Source of the DNA: Actinomycetota bacterium
Lineage (GTDB): Bacteria > Actinomycetota > Actinomycetes > S36-B12
Direction: 5' to 3'
NCBI GenBank assembly: GCA_003456155.1
Contig: DMPC01000164.1
Coordinates: 1,378 to 65,377 of the forward strand
Length of the DNA stretch: 64,000 nucleotides
The notes beneath the pieces were generated by a model. It was given only the letters and a program-made list of their open reading frames with translations, did no database searches and had not been told where the DNA came from. This document shows, in pieces, positions 17,711-26,552 of this stretch. Position numbers and translations under genes: made by a program. Position 1 is the first letter of the stretch; each line of letters starts with the position of its first letter.

Positions 17711-20269
17711 TCAGTTCTGGGCGCGGGCCCTGCGCCGCTTGAACACGCCCCCACCGCTGGAGTACGCGAGCAGGGCTATCAGGGTGAGGCTGCCGATGAT
17801 GAGGAAACTCACGGCATCCGACAGCTTCAGGGCCGGGACGACAGCAGTCGCCAGTGCCAGCATGACGGCACCGACCAGACACCCGATGAAGGAGCCTCGT
17901 CCCCCGAGGAGGCTCGCACCGCCGAGAACAGGAGCTGCAATAGCCAGAAGGGTGTAGCCGGAACCCACAGTTCCATCACCTGTCCCCACTTGGCCAGCGA
18001 CCACAATGCCTGCCAGGCCGGCAATCACCGAGCATGCGAGATAGGACATCACGCGCATCCGGCGGACACTCAGCCCGAGGCGGACCGCGTAGTTCGGTTC
18101 AAGACCAGCGGTGCGGACCTCCAAACCGAACCTGCTGCGCCACAACAGCAGGTCTCCAAGGATCAGGAGGGGGACGATGACCAGGAAGGGAAGAGGAATG
18201 AACCCCACTTTCTGGGTCATCAGATTCATCACATCGAAGTTGATCAGGCCTGAGGCCGTCGGCCTCAGAAGGAGCGCCAAACCTCCTACGATGCCCAGAG
18301 TTGCAATGGTCGCGATGACAGGTGAGAGCTTCGCACCTTCGGTCAGCAAGGCATTGATGCCTCCCACGGCGAGCCCCAGCACGAGGGCGATCGCCAATGA
18401 GAGCAGCACGAGAGGCCAGAGTCCTCCCTCGGTGATGAAGAAGGACATCACCACGACCGTGAGGCTGACCATGGCTCCGACCGAGACATCGATCCCGCCA
18501 AGCAGGAGAACGCAGAATTGGGCCACTGCCAGTACGGTCAAGGGAAGCGCAAGCAGGAAGACGTTGTAGATATTGAGCATCGACCCGAAGTTGGGCTCGA
18601 TGAGGATCGCTGCCCCCCAGATCGCCAGCACGATCAACGTCAGGATCGCCAAGCGGACGAAGTCCTCGGTACCGCCCAGCAGTTTGCGCAGCCGCCCGCG
18701 GGAACTTGCGGCTGCCTCCGTGGCTTTCCCTTGTGCGACTTCTTCCACCTGAGAGGCAACGGCGAAACTGCCGACGATGACTTCCTCGGATGAGCCGATG
18801 CCCGGCATCTCATGGATGATCTTGCCGCGCGACATGACGACAATGCGATCGGCAAGTCCAGCGAGCTCCCCTGCGTCGGACGACTCGACCACGACACCGA
18901 TGCCACCGTCAGCGGCGGATCGAAGCATGCGATAGATGTCCATACGCGAGCGCACGTCAACACCCTGAGTCGGTTCCTCGATCAGGATGACGTTGGGATC
19001 GGTGGCCAGTGCCCGGCTCAGCGCAACCTTCTGCTGATTTCCGCCGGACAAAGAGGTGATGGGAAGGGATGGGCTGCCTGCCTTGATACCGAAGGTGTCA
19101 ATCTCTGCCTGCACCGCATCCCGTTGCCGTGTGGGACTCACGACACCGGCGCTTGAGATGCGTCGAAGAATTCCCACCATGAGGTTCTCTCGGATTGACA
19201 GGGACTGGAAGAGCGACTCGCGACGCCGGTCCCCGCTCAGGAAGAGCACTCCATTTCTCACGGCCTCACCGTAGGAGCGGATCGTGGTTCCCTTGGTCGT
19301 CAGATCGCCTTGCGGATCCCCGATGCCCGCCAGCCCTCGCATGAACTGACGTTGGCCGTTGCCATCCGCTCCAGCAATACCCACGATCTCTCCGGCCCGA
19401 ATGTCCAGATCCGCAGGGCCGAAGCCGTCTCCGACGAGTCGATGGGCGGACAGGAGCACCGGAGCATCCCCGGGGATCAGGCCGCGTTCCGGGAACTCCA
19501 GCTCCACCGAGCTTCCCGCCATGAGTTCGACCAGTCCCTTGTAGTCCGTGTCGACGGTCGGCATGGATCCCCGCACGATGCCGTCACGAAGCACGGTGAT
19601 CTGCTGAGCAACGCGGAAGACCTCGCCGAGCCGATGCGTGACCAGGAGCACGGCCGAGCCGGAACCGGCCACCTGCTCCACCAGAGCGAGAACGCGATCA
19701 ACACCAGCAGAGTCCAGTGCCGAGGTAGCCTCGTCGAGGATGAGCAGTCGCGGCTGTGCCGCTACAGCCCGGACGATCTCGATGAGCTGCCGGTCACCCG
19801 GCGCGATTGTGGCGGTCTTGGCCTCCGGATCGATGCTGCCGAGACCAAAGGATTCCAGCAGATCCCGGGACCAGCTGACCATCTCTCGGTAACGGGGACG
19901 CAGATGCTGGGGCGTGCCGACGAAGAGGTTGTTTGCGACCGAGAGACCGGGCACCAGGGAGCCATCCTGGAAGACCGTGAGAGCACCCGCACGCTGGGAG
20001 CTTCGCGGCGAGCCTGTGCGGATGGCGACCCCGCCAATCCTGACCGTTCCGCTGTCCGGCTTGACGGTGCCGGAGACGATACCGACGAAGGTGGACTTTC
20101 CCGACCCATTCTCCCCCACCAGCGCGTGAATCTGACCGGGAGGCATCGACAGGCTCATGTCCTTGAGCGCCTGGACAACCCCATAGCTCTTTGACGCGCC
20201 CGTCACTTCCACAACATCCGTGGAGTGGGACGGCGCCGGCTCGAGGTCGCCTCTGGTTTCCGTCGACAC
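17711..20269 (-). CDS. Fused ABC importer component: double ATPase (NBD-NBD, CUT2 sugar type) joined to an RbsC-type permease domain
   Basis: Uninterrupted 852-aa ORF. Walker A GENGSGKST. NBD2 signature LSGGNQQKVALSRAL and Walker B ILIEEPTQGVD. The C-terminal ~330 aa are polytopic with the permease motif LLGGIDVSVGAM. Confidence 0.85.
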   Translation of the reverse strand: MSTETRGDLEPAPSHSTDVVEVTGASKSYGVVQALKDMSLSMPPGQIHALVGENGSGKSTFVGIVSGTVKPDSGTVRIGGVAIRTGSPRSSQRAGALTVFQDGSLVPGLSVANNLFVGTPQHLRPRYREMVSWSRDLLESFGLGSIDPEAKTATIAPGDRQLIEIVRAVAAQPRLLILDEATSALDSAGVDRVLALVEQVAGSGSAVLLVTHRLGEVFRVAQQITVLRDGIVRGSMPTVDTDYKGLVELMAGSSVELEFPERGLIPGDAPVLLSAHRLVGDGFGPADLDIRAGEIVGIAGADGNGQRQFMRGLAGIGDPQGDLTTKGTTIRSYGEAVRNGVLFLSGDRRRESLFQSLSIRENLMVGILRRISSAGVVSPTRQRDAVQAEIDTFGIKAGSPSLPITSLSGGNQQKVALSRALATDPNVILIEEPTQGVDVRSRMDIYRMLRSAADGGIGVVVESSDAGELAGLADRIVVMSRGKIIHEMPGIGSSEEVIVGSFAVASQVEEVAQGKATEAAASSRGRLRKLLGGTEDFVRLAILTLIVLAIWGAAILIEPNFGSMLNIYNVFLLALPLTVLAVAQFCVLLLGGIDVSVGAMVSLTVVVMSFFITEGGLWPLVLLSLAIALVLGLAVGGINALLTEGAKLSPVIATIATLGIVGGLALLLRPTASGLINFDVMNLMTQKVGFIPLPFLVIVPLLILGDLLLWRSRFGLEVRTAGLEPNYAVRLGLSVRRMRVMSYLACSVIAGLAGIVVAGQVGTGDGTVGSGYTLLAIAAPVLGGASLLGGRGSFIGCLVGAVMLALATAVVPALKLSDAVSFLIIGSLTLIALLAYSSGGGVFKRRRARAQN

Positions 20270-20318
20270 GCGATAGCCCTTCGTTACGTGGGTCGGTCAG
20301 ACAGGGTTGGGGGAAGGT

Positions 20319-20352
20319 GCTGCGTGCCGGCCCCGAAGGGCCGGCACGCAGC
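20319..20352 (-). other. Intercistronic perfect stem-loop (15-bp GC-rich stem, 4-nt loop) between the SBP and ATPase genes
   Basis: gCTGCGTGCCGGCCC cgaa GGGCCGGCACGCAGc read directly. It starts 9 nt downstream of the SBP stop, with no U-tract. The likely role is mRNA stabilisation or partial termination. Confidence 0.6.
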
Positions 20353-20360
20353 CTGTTCCA

Positions 20361-21716
20361 TCAGGAACCGCTCAGCATTCCCGACATCACGGAACCGGGT
20401 ACCAGGGTCGGGCCCGGGTAGTCAGCACCGAAGTTCGGGTCGTACAGACCAGCCGTCGCGTTGACGAATGGCAGCGGGTAGATCACCAGCTCAGGAGCAG
20501 GAGTTCCCGAGGCGATCTGGTCCATCAGGGCCGTCACCGAAACACGAGCCGGCCAGTTGATGGAGTTGGTGTCCGCGAGAGCGAACTCCGTCTCCGTGCC
20601 CTGGTTCTCCTCCCAGACGCGGTAGAGGTCGTTGTTGCTCGTCCACGTGACCATGTCGGGCGAGCCCTTGCCGGCCTGCTCGTACGCCTTGACGATCTGC
20701 GGCATCGGGTCCGCGTAGTCGTAGAGCACGACCTGCGGGTCCTGGCCAGAGGCGAGCATGGCTGTGGCGGCCTCGAAGGCACCCTGCAGGGTCCAGCCGG
20801 TGTCGTACTTGCCCACGACCTTGACATCGGGGAAGTTCGCCGCCAGCTCGTCCTCAGCGCACTTGTTCCACGTCGCACCCTGCGGATTGCCGGGGGTGCC
20901 GTTGAAGAACACGATGTCGCCCTTGTTGCTGACCAGCTCAGCGGCCTTCTGGGCCATCTCCACGCCGATAGCGCACACGTCACCCGTCACCTGGGTGGTG
21001 ATGGAGCCGGGAGGCGCATCCGGGGCCGGGCCAACGAATGTCGAGACCAGTGCCCCGCCGTCCTGAGCCTGCTTGAACGCAGGAGCAAGAGCCGCTCCGA
21101 AGTCGTTGTAGCCAACGATGACCTGTGCGCCATCAGCCGCGAGGCTGCGGACGCCGGCCTGCATCTGGGCAAGGTCGAACTCCGGGGTCACCGAGATGAT
21201 TCGGCCGACCTCGGGGTACGTCAGCGCCTGAAGGATGGCCTCCATGCGGCTGACCTTGCGCCAGGTGTTGACCTCGGGCGAGATGTAGCCCACGGTCACG
21301 TCGCCGCCACCCGGAACCTCACAGTCCATGCTCTTCCAGCACTCGAGTGCCAGGTCGAGCTGTTCCTGCGACAACGGCTCTGACGCGCGGGTGAGCGCTG
21401 ACTGGATCACCGGATCCAGACTGTCAGCGGGGATGGCGTTCGTGCGCAGCGCCTGATCGACGATGCTCTGGATCGCCCCTGCGTCGGCGGGAGCCTCGGC
21501 AGCGGGAGCCTCTTCGGCGGGAGCCTCAGCGGCAGGAGCCTCTTCGGCGGGAGCCTCGGCGGCAGGAGCCTCCGATGCGGGCGTTTCGGTTGCGGAATCA
21601 CTGGAGCTGCAGGCCGCAAGGACGAGGGAGGCAGCTGCGCCTAACGCCAGTGCAGCTGCGATCCTCCGGCTCCGATGCTTCGGAGAGCGGCCCCCGAGAG
21701 GTGTGCTGTGGACCAT
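20361..21716 (-). CDS. ABC transporter substrate-binding lipoprotein (PBP1 sugar-binding type) with a long Pro/Ala/Glu linker
   Basis: 451 aa. Signal peptide plus lipobox SLVLAAC. Then EAPAAEAPAEEAPAAEAPAEEAPAAEAPA repeats, then a periplasmic-binding fold. Confidence 0.8.
   Translation of the reverse strand: MVHSTPLGGRSPKHRSRRIAAALALGAAASLVLAACSSSDSATETPASEAPAAEAPAEEAPAAEAPAEEAPAAEAPADAGAIQSIVDQALRTNAIPADSLDPVIQSALTRASEPLSQEQLDLALECWKSMDCEVPGGGDVTVGYISPEVNTWRKVSRMEAILQALTYPEVGRIISVTPEFDLAQMQAGVRSLAADGAQVIVGYNDFGAALAPAFKQAQDGGALVSTFVGPAPDAPPGSITTQVTGDVCAIGVEMAQKAAELVSNKGDIVFFNGTPGNPQGATWNKCAEDELAANFPDVKVVGKYDTGWTLQGAFEAATAMLASGQDPQVVLYDYADPMPQIVKAYEQAGKGSPDMVTWTSNNDLYRVWEENQGTETEFALADTNSINWPARVSVTALMDQIASGTPAPELVIYPLPFVNATAGLYDPNFGADYPGPTLVPGSVMSGMLSGS
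21485..21572 (-). repeat. In-frame 15/30-nt tandem repeat encoding (A/E)APA(A/E)E linker units
   Basis: gggagcctc(g/t/a)(g/t)c(a/g)gc(g/a)g units are visible directly. They lie inside the SBP CDS just after the lipobox. Confidence 0.8.
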
Positions 21717-21731
21717 CTACGATTTCCTTTC

Positions 21732-22745
21732 CTAGTGGACTGAGCCCAGGAGGGCCCCTTCTCCCTGGGCGCGACGGGAGAAAGCACGGCTAAGGAGCCG
21801 CTTGTCGCGCAGGAGAAAGACCAAGGTGAGTCCAAGGGCCAGAACCAGACCCTGGACAAGGGCGGGCATCCCGCCGGTGAACCCAGCGACCGCCAGGTTG
21901 AGGTTGAGCAGCGAGACGAAGACCGCACCCAACAGCGTTGCCACGAAACTGACTCGCCCGCCGGTGAGCACTGCGCCGCCAAGGACGACGGCAACGATGG
22001 GTGCCAGCAGGTAGGGCTCACCGATGGCAAGATCCGGCGTGGTCAGCAGGCCTGACAGCATGATCCCGGCAATGCCATAGAGAACCCCGGCCACCGCATA
22101 GGCCGTGATGCGGTACGCCGTCGCGCGGAGCCCGACGAGGGTGCCGGCCGCAGCGGAGGCGCTGCTGGCAACGAGCCGACGACCAGGGACTGTCAGCCAC
22201 ACGAAGAAGGTCGCCAGAGCCGCCAGCGCGATGCTCGCGAGCAGCACAAAGCTGATTCCCCCGAAGTTGCTGCCGCTGAAAGCGACCAGGGGCTCCGGAA
22301 CTCCCACCACAGACAGCAGCTTTCCGCGGTAGAGGCGACCCAGACCGATGGCAAGCAACCCAACCGCCAAGGTCACCACGAGGGAGTTGAGGCCGAAGAC
22401 CTCCACCAGGATGCCGTTGACCAGACCCATCAGGATGACGGCGATCAGAACGATGACGATGGCTGGTGCAAGCTTGCTGGCATCGCCGTCCGTGTACGTG
22501 GTCAGGATGATGCCCGTCACCGTGATCGCCGCGGGGACGCTCAGGTCAATGCCGCCGGTTCCGATGACGAGCGCCTGCCCGGCTGCGGCAAGGATCATCA
22601 CGCCGATCAGCGGGGTGAAGGCCGAGAGGATGCTCTGTGAGAAGACCGCTCCCTGCGTCTGGAGCGCGGCAAGGAGCAGCATCGCGATGACACCGATCGA
22701 GATCACGGTGAGCGGAGTGACGAACCCGCGTGCCGGACGATGCAC
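21732..22745 (-). CDS. ABC transporter permease (RbsC/ribose-type, second TMD of locus 1)
   Basis: 337 aa, polytopic. Motif TGGIDLSVPAAITV. GTG start. Confidence 0.85.
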   Translation of the reverse strand: MHRPARGFVTPLTVISIGVIAMLLLAALQTQGAVFSQSILSAFTPLIGVMILAAAGQALVIGTGGIDLSVPAAITVTGIILTTYTDGDASKLAPAIVIVLIAVILMGLVNGILVEVFGLNSLVVTLAVGLLAIGLGRLYRGKLLSVVGVPEPLVAFSGSNFGGISFVLLASIALAALATFFVWLTVPGRRLVASSASAAAGTLVGLRATAYRITAYAVAGVLYGIAGIMLSGLLTTPDLAIGEPYLLAPIVAVVLGGAVLTGGRVSFVATLLGAVFVSLLNLNLAVAGFTGGMPALVQGLVLALGLTLVFLLRDKRLLSRAFSRRAQGEGALLGSVH

Positions 22746-22966
22746 CCTGACCTGCCCTTCCTTGCGTACCGAGCATCCCCTACTGCTCGGAAGGTGTCAT
22801 ATTGGCAAGAATGGGCACTGTGTCATTGTGAGACGAGCGACACCTTCGCTCGACACCCGGATCGAATCGTTATCCCGCTGAGACTTTCGGCAGCCGCACG
22901 TTCCTTTATGGGACATTCACAAGGCCGTCTGATGCGGTGCCATGTCGGAGACCAGAGGAGGTCCCC

Positions 22967-23824
22967 ATGCAGGTTGGCGTCTACGCTTTTGCCACCCAAG
23001 ACGGTCTTCGACCAGACGAGCTCGGACGTGAGGTCGAAGACCGCGGCCTGGCCGCCCTCATGTTCCCCGAGCACTCCCACATCCCCGTGTCCCGAGCCAC
23101 CAATTACCCCGAGGTCTACGGCGGCGGCGAGCTTCCGGGTTTCTACATGCGTACTTTCGATCCCTTCGTGAGTTGCACCCTCGCAGCCTCGGCCACGTCC
23201 ACCATTCGCGTGGGCACCGGCATCGCGCTCCTGGCTCTGCGCGAGCCGGTGAATACGGCGAAGGAGGTGGCATCGGTCAGCTACCTGTCTGGCGGGCGCT
23301 TCAACTTCGGGGTCGGGTTCGGCTGGAACGCCGACGAGTTCGAGAACCTCGGTGTCCCCTTCAAGGGGAGGCACCGCCTCGTCAAGGAGAAGGTCCAGCT
23401 GATGAAGCGTCTCTGGGAGGACGACGTCGCCAGCTATGAGGGGGATCTGGTCTCACTGAAGCCGAGCTGGTCCTGGCCCAAGCCCATCGACGGTCCACCC
23501 ATCTTCCTGGGCGGGAACGGACCGATCACGATGAAGAATGCAGCCGAGTGGGCTGATGTCTGGTACCCCACCCCTCCCGGAGACGATCCGCTGCTGACGA
23601 AATCGGCTCCAGCCTTCAGGGCCCTCGTCGAGGAGGTCGGGCGTGACCCCGAGTCCGTCGCCATCGGCTGCGCACCGGGCGATGCGACTCGCGAAGACCT
23701 GAACACCTACGCATCCAATGGCGTGGCCTACGTGAACATCGGCCTCGTGACGACGTCACGCGATGACGACCTGAGGCGACTGGACGAGATCGCAGAGCGC
23801 GCGCAGGACTATCTGGCCCGCTGA
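22967..23824 (+). CDS. LLM-class (luciferase-like) F420-dependent oxidoreductase
   Basis: Track ORF 22937..23824. ATG at 22967 is preceded by GAGGAG. Sequence MQVGVYAFATQDG...FPEHSHIPVSR...GRFNFGVGFGWN is typical of the actinobacterial LLM F420 family. Confidence 0.75.
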   Translation: MQVGVYAFATQDGLRPDELGREVEDRGLAALMFPEHSHIPVSRATNYPEVYGGGELPGFYMRTFDPFVSCTLAASATSTIRVGTGIALLALREPVNTAKEVASVSYLSGGRFNFGVGFGWNADEFENLGVPFKGRHRLVKEKVQLMKRLWEDDVASYEGDLVSLKPSWSWPKPIDGPPIFLGGNGPITMKNAAEWADVWYPTPPGDDPLLTKSAPAFRALVEEVGRDPESVAIGCAPGDATREDLNTYASNGVAYVNIGLVTTSRDDDLRRLDEIAERAQDYLAR

Positions 23825-23875
23825 CCTCATCGTCTGGGCAGAGCACACCTCACCAAGCGAAACCGGAGTTACCCG

Positions 23876-24613
23876 ATGTCCAACCGCGTCGCCCTGATCA
23901 CCGGCAGCAGTCGGGGCATCGGCTTCAGCATCGCCGAGCGACTTGTCGAGGATGGCTGGCAGGTGGCGATAACGGGGCGGACGGCGGCCACACTGGAGGA
24001 GTCCGTCGCTCACCTGGGAACAGCCGCTGTGGGCTTCGCCGGCAAGGCCGACGATCCCGTGCATCAGGAGGCGGCAGTCGCAGGGGTAGTTGAGGCGTTC
24101 GGGCGCCTTGACCTTCTGGTAAACAACGCCGGCATCAATCCGGTCTACGGCCCGCTCATGGATGTTGACATCGGAGCGGCTCGGAAGGTTTTCGAAGTCA
24201 ACGTGGTCTCGAGCCTGCGCTGGAGCCAACTCGCGTACCACGCGTGGATGGAGACCCACGGCGGGTGCATCGTGAACGTGGCCTCTGTGACAGGGTTGAC
24301 AGCTGCACGGGGACTCGGCGTCTACGGTACGAGCAAGGCCGCTCTGATCGCCCTTACTCGACAGCTTGGTGACGAGCTCGGTCCGAAGGTAAGGGTCAAC
24401 GCTGTGGCTCCGGCAGTGATCAAGACGGACTTCTCACGCGCGTTGTACGAGGGCAATGAGGAGGCGGTCGTAGCCACCTACCCACTTGGCCGACTCGGTA
24501 CGCCCCAGGATGTGGCCGGAGCAGTGTCCTTCCTCGCCTCCGAGGACGCGGAGTGGATCACCGGACAAACGATCGTCGTCGACGGTGGCCTCACTCTGGG
24601 AGGAAAGCTCTAG
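23876..24613 (+). CDS. SDR family oxidoreductase
   Basis: 245 aa. Motifs ITGSSRGIGFSIA, NNAG and catalytic YGTSKAAL. Confidence 0.85.
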   Translation: MSNRVALITGSSRGIGFSIAERLVEDGWQVAITGRTAATLEESVAHLGTAAVGFAGKADDPVHQEAAVAGVVEAFGRLDLLVNNAGINPVYGPLMDVDIGAARKVFEVNVVSSLRWSQLAYHAWMETHGGCIVNVASVTGLTAARGLGVYGTSKAALIALTRQLGDELGPKVRVNAVAPAVIKTDFSRALYEGNEEAVVATYPLGRLGTPQDVAGAVSFLASEDAEWITGQTIVVDGGLTLGGKL

Positions 24614-24616
24614 GCA

Positions 24617-26419
24617 TTAGAAGTAGTCGGCGTCCGGGTCGATTCGATAGGAGCTGAGTTTGCGGTAGAGGGTCGAACGAGATACCCCGACAATCTTGGC
24701 CGCCAGCACCTTGTTGCCCTGAGCCTGCTTGAGGGCATCGAGGATGGCACGAAGCTCGACGTGCTCCAACGTGGTGAGTTGTCGACGCGTTGCGCATGCC
24801 TGAATCTCGGATGGCAGATCGGAAGCCTGAATCTCGCCTGATACTTCGGCAGGGAATGAACGCAGCATTGTCTTCATCTGCATCACGTTTCCGGGCCACG
24901 GAGCTCGGACCAATGCCCGAAGCGCACCTGATGACAGAGTCAATCGCCGAGTTGACGCATCTGCCAGAATCGCATGGGCAACATAGGGGATGTCCTCAGC
25001 ACGCTCCCGAAGCGGTGGCACATGAACAGCATGACCGCCGAGCGCAGCGAGCAGCCTCTCATGCTCAGGGGTGGCAGCGGTCCCTGTGGCGGAGGTGAAG
25101 GTGGCCACGAACCGAACGTCGTGCCCTCCGTCGAGTATCCGGGACGCCAACGCCATCGCGACCTGTTGAGGAAGCGCCTCAATGTGCTTCAGGAGCACCA
25201 CATCAGGACGGCGATTGGTCACCTCATCCAGGGCGGACATGGCACTTGCGAGCTCGTTCCATGCGGCACTGGCCAGCTCGACCGTCTCCACCCGTGACGG
25301 TTCATGCTGTTCGGCCAGGGCCCGGAGCAGAAGTGTCGTCTTGCCCAATCCCATCTCCCCAGAGACAAGAACTGGGTCGCCGGAGGCCACAGCTGATCGC
25401 ACGGATGCCACCGCCTCAAGCCACGCGACAGAGGTACCCACGAGCCCGGGCATGCTGGGAGCCCTCTGCACCGTGCGACCGACCGTTGCGGCTGCTACTC
25501 GACGCGTCATCGGGTTGCCGAAGTCAACAAGCGCACCAATGATCTGTCCCTGATTGGTGATAGGCGTGCAGCTGATGGGCACCACCTGCTCATCGTCGAC
25601 CCTCAGTTCAGCCGTTGCCGATGCACGGCCACCCAGCGCCTCCCGCACCGTCTCCCAGAGCACCACCTGATGCGTACCGCCAAGAAGCGTCGTCACTCGG
25701 GGCCCCGCGATGAAGATTCCCTGACCAACTCCGGCGACCCTGCGACTGCCGCCGCGGCTGGCTTCGAGATAGGCGTCCAAGACCATGCGCTCCCGGCGCG
25801 AGGCCTGCTCGAGCATGCGGTGCTCGACGTCCGCAGCCGCGCTCATCATGAGCGGAGTCAGGAGGGCACTTCCCGCATCGGCCCGGCACGACATGGTGAT
25901 GATTCCCTCAGGCCGATGCGTGATCGGATGGAAGACGGGAACCCCGACACAGGCGAAGGGAGTCATGGACTCCATCAGATGCTCGTGGCCGACGATCTGC
26001 ACCGGTCGACTCGTCTCTGCGACCGTGCCGATGCCATTGGTGCCCACGATCTCCTCCGAGCCCGTGAAGCCCGCGTCCGACCGTAGGGAGTCCAGCAGGG
26101 GAAGAATGTTCGCGTCCGAGACCCAGCGCCGCAGAATCCTTGCGTTGCGGTCGGCGAGCAGCACTCCCGCGCCTAAGCCTGAGAGGCGATCGGCGAGCTT
26201 GCTCAGGACAGGATCGGCCGCCGCGCAGAGCGCATTCTCCGTATCCAGCTCGCCCACGAAAGGCAGTTCCGGGCGGCTCACCTCAGCTCCGCTGAGCAGG
26301 GACCGACGCCAGGAGGTCACCACCTCCGGTCGGACGGTTCGAGCAACAACCTCAGGGATATCCCCCTCGGACAGCACAATTTCGCGAGCCCGCTCCAGCG
26401 TCAACTTCGCCATTGCCAC
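24617..26419 (-). CDS. bEBP-like transcriptional regulator (GAF-type sensor + degenerate AAA+ + Fis-type HTH; AcoR/MimR-like)
   Basis: 600 aa. Sensor motif EEIVGTNGIGT, Walker A GEMGLGKT, no GAFTGA loop. The Walker B position reads VVLLKHIE. C-terminal HTH is GNKVLAAKIVGVSRSTLYRKL. Confidence 0.8.
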   Translation of the reverse strand: MAMAKLTLERAREIVLSEGDIPEVVARTVRPEVVTSWRRSLLSGAEVSRPELPFVGELDTENALCAAADPVLSKLADRLSGLGAGVLLADRNARILRRWVSDANILPLLDSLRSDAGFTGSEEIVGTNGIGTVAETSRPVQIVGHEHLMESMTPFACVGVPVFHPITHRPEGIITMSCRADAGSALLTPLMMSAAADVEHRMLEQASRRERMVLDAYLEASRGGSRRVAGVGQGIFIAGPRVTTLLGGTHQVVLWETVREALGGRASATAELRVDDEQVVPISCTPITNQGQIIGALVDFGNPMTRRVAAATVGRTVQRAPSMPGLVGTSVAWLEAVASVRSAVASGDPVLVSGEMGLGKTTLLLRALAEQHEPSRVETVELASAAWNELASAMSALDEVTNRRPDVVLLKHIEALPQQVAMALASRILDGGHDVRFVATFTSATGTAATPEHERLLAALGGHAVHVPPLRERAEDIPYVAHAILADASTRRLTLSSGALRALVRAPWPGNVMQMKTMLRSFPAEVSGEIQASDLPSEIQACATRRQLTTLEHVELRAILDALKQAQGNKVLAAKIVGVSRSTLYRKLSSYRIDPDADYF

Positions 26420-26451
26420 CTCCTGCTGAGGCTAGCCGGGCGGCTGGGAAG

Positions 26452-26463
26452 GTGTCCCAAAAT
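26452..26463 (-). promoter_or_regulatory. ATTTTGGGACAC box (reverse orientation) in the regulator/TetR divergent region
   Basis: The plus strand reads GTGTCCCAAAAT. It lies 33 bp upstream of the regulator start (26419) and 90 bp upstream of the TetR start (26553). Confidence 0.3.
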
Positions 26464-26468
26464 CCGAC

Positions 26469-26478
26469 CGACCGGTCG
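26469..26478. promoter_or_regulatory. Perfect 10-bp palindrome CGACCGGTCG, candidate TetR operator
   Basis: Read directly. A TTGACG hexamer follows immediately, and the site is 75 bp upstream of the TetR start. Confidence 0.3.
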
Positions 26479-26552
26479 ATTGACGATAACCTACGATGCC
26501 GGTCATGGGAAGTGCTGCGAAACCGCTGAATTCGCCTCGGGAGGGGGGCGGC

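Noticed and set aside
22779-22790. The 12-mer CCTACTGCTCGG shared between 22779-22790 and 44759-44770, and the 10-mer GGCAAGAATG shared between 22804-22813 and 44593-44602.
   Set aside because: Their order and context differ between the two regions: one copy is 3' of a regulator stop, the other is in a 5' leader hairpin (CCGAGCA-N8-TGCTCGG). The 10-mer match is within chance expectation. They are recorded as possible but unsupported regulatory or REP-like elements.
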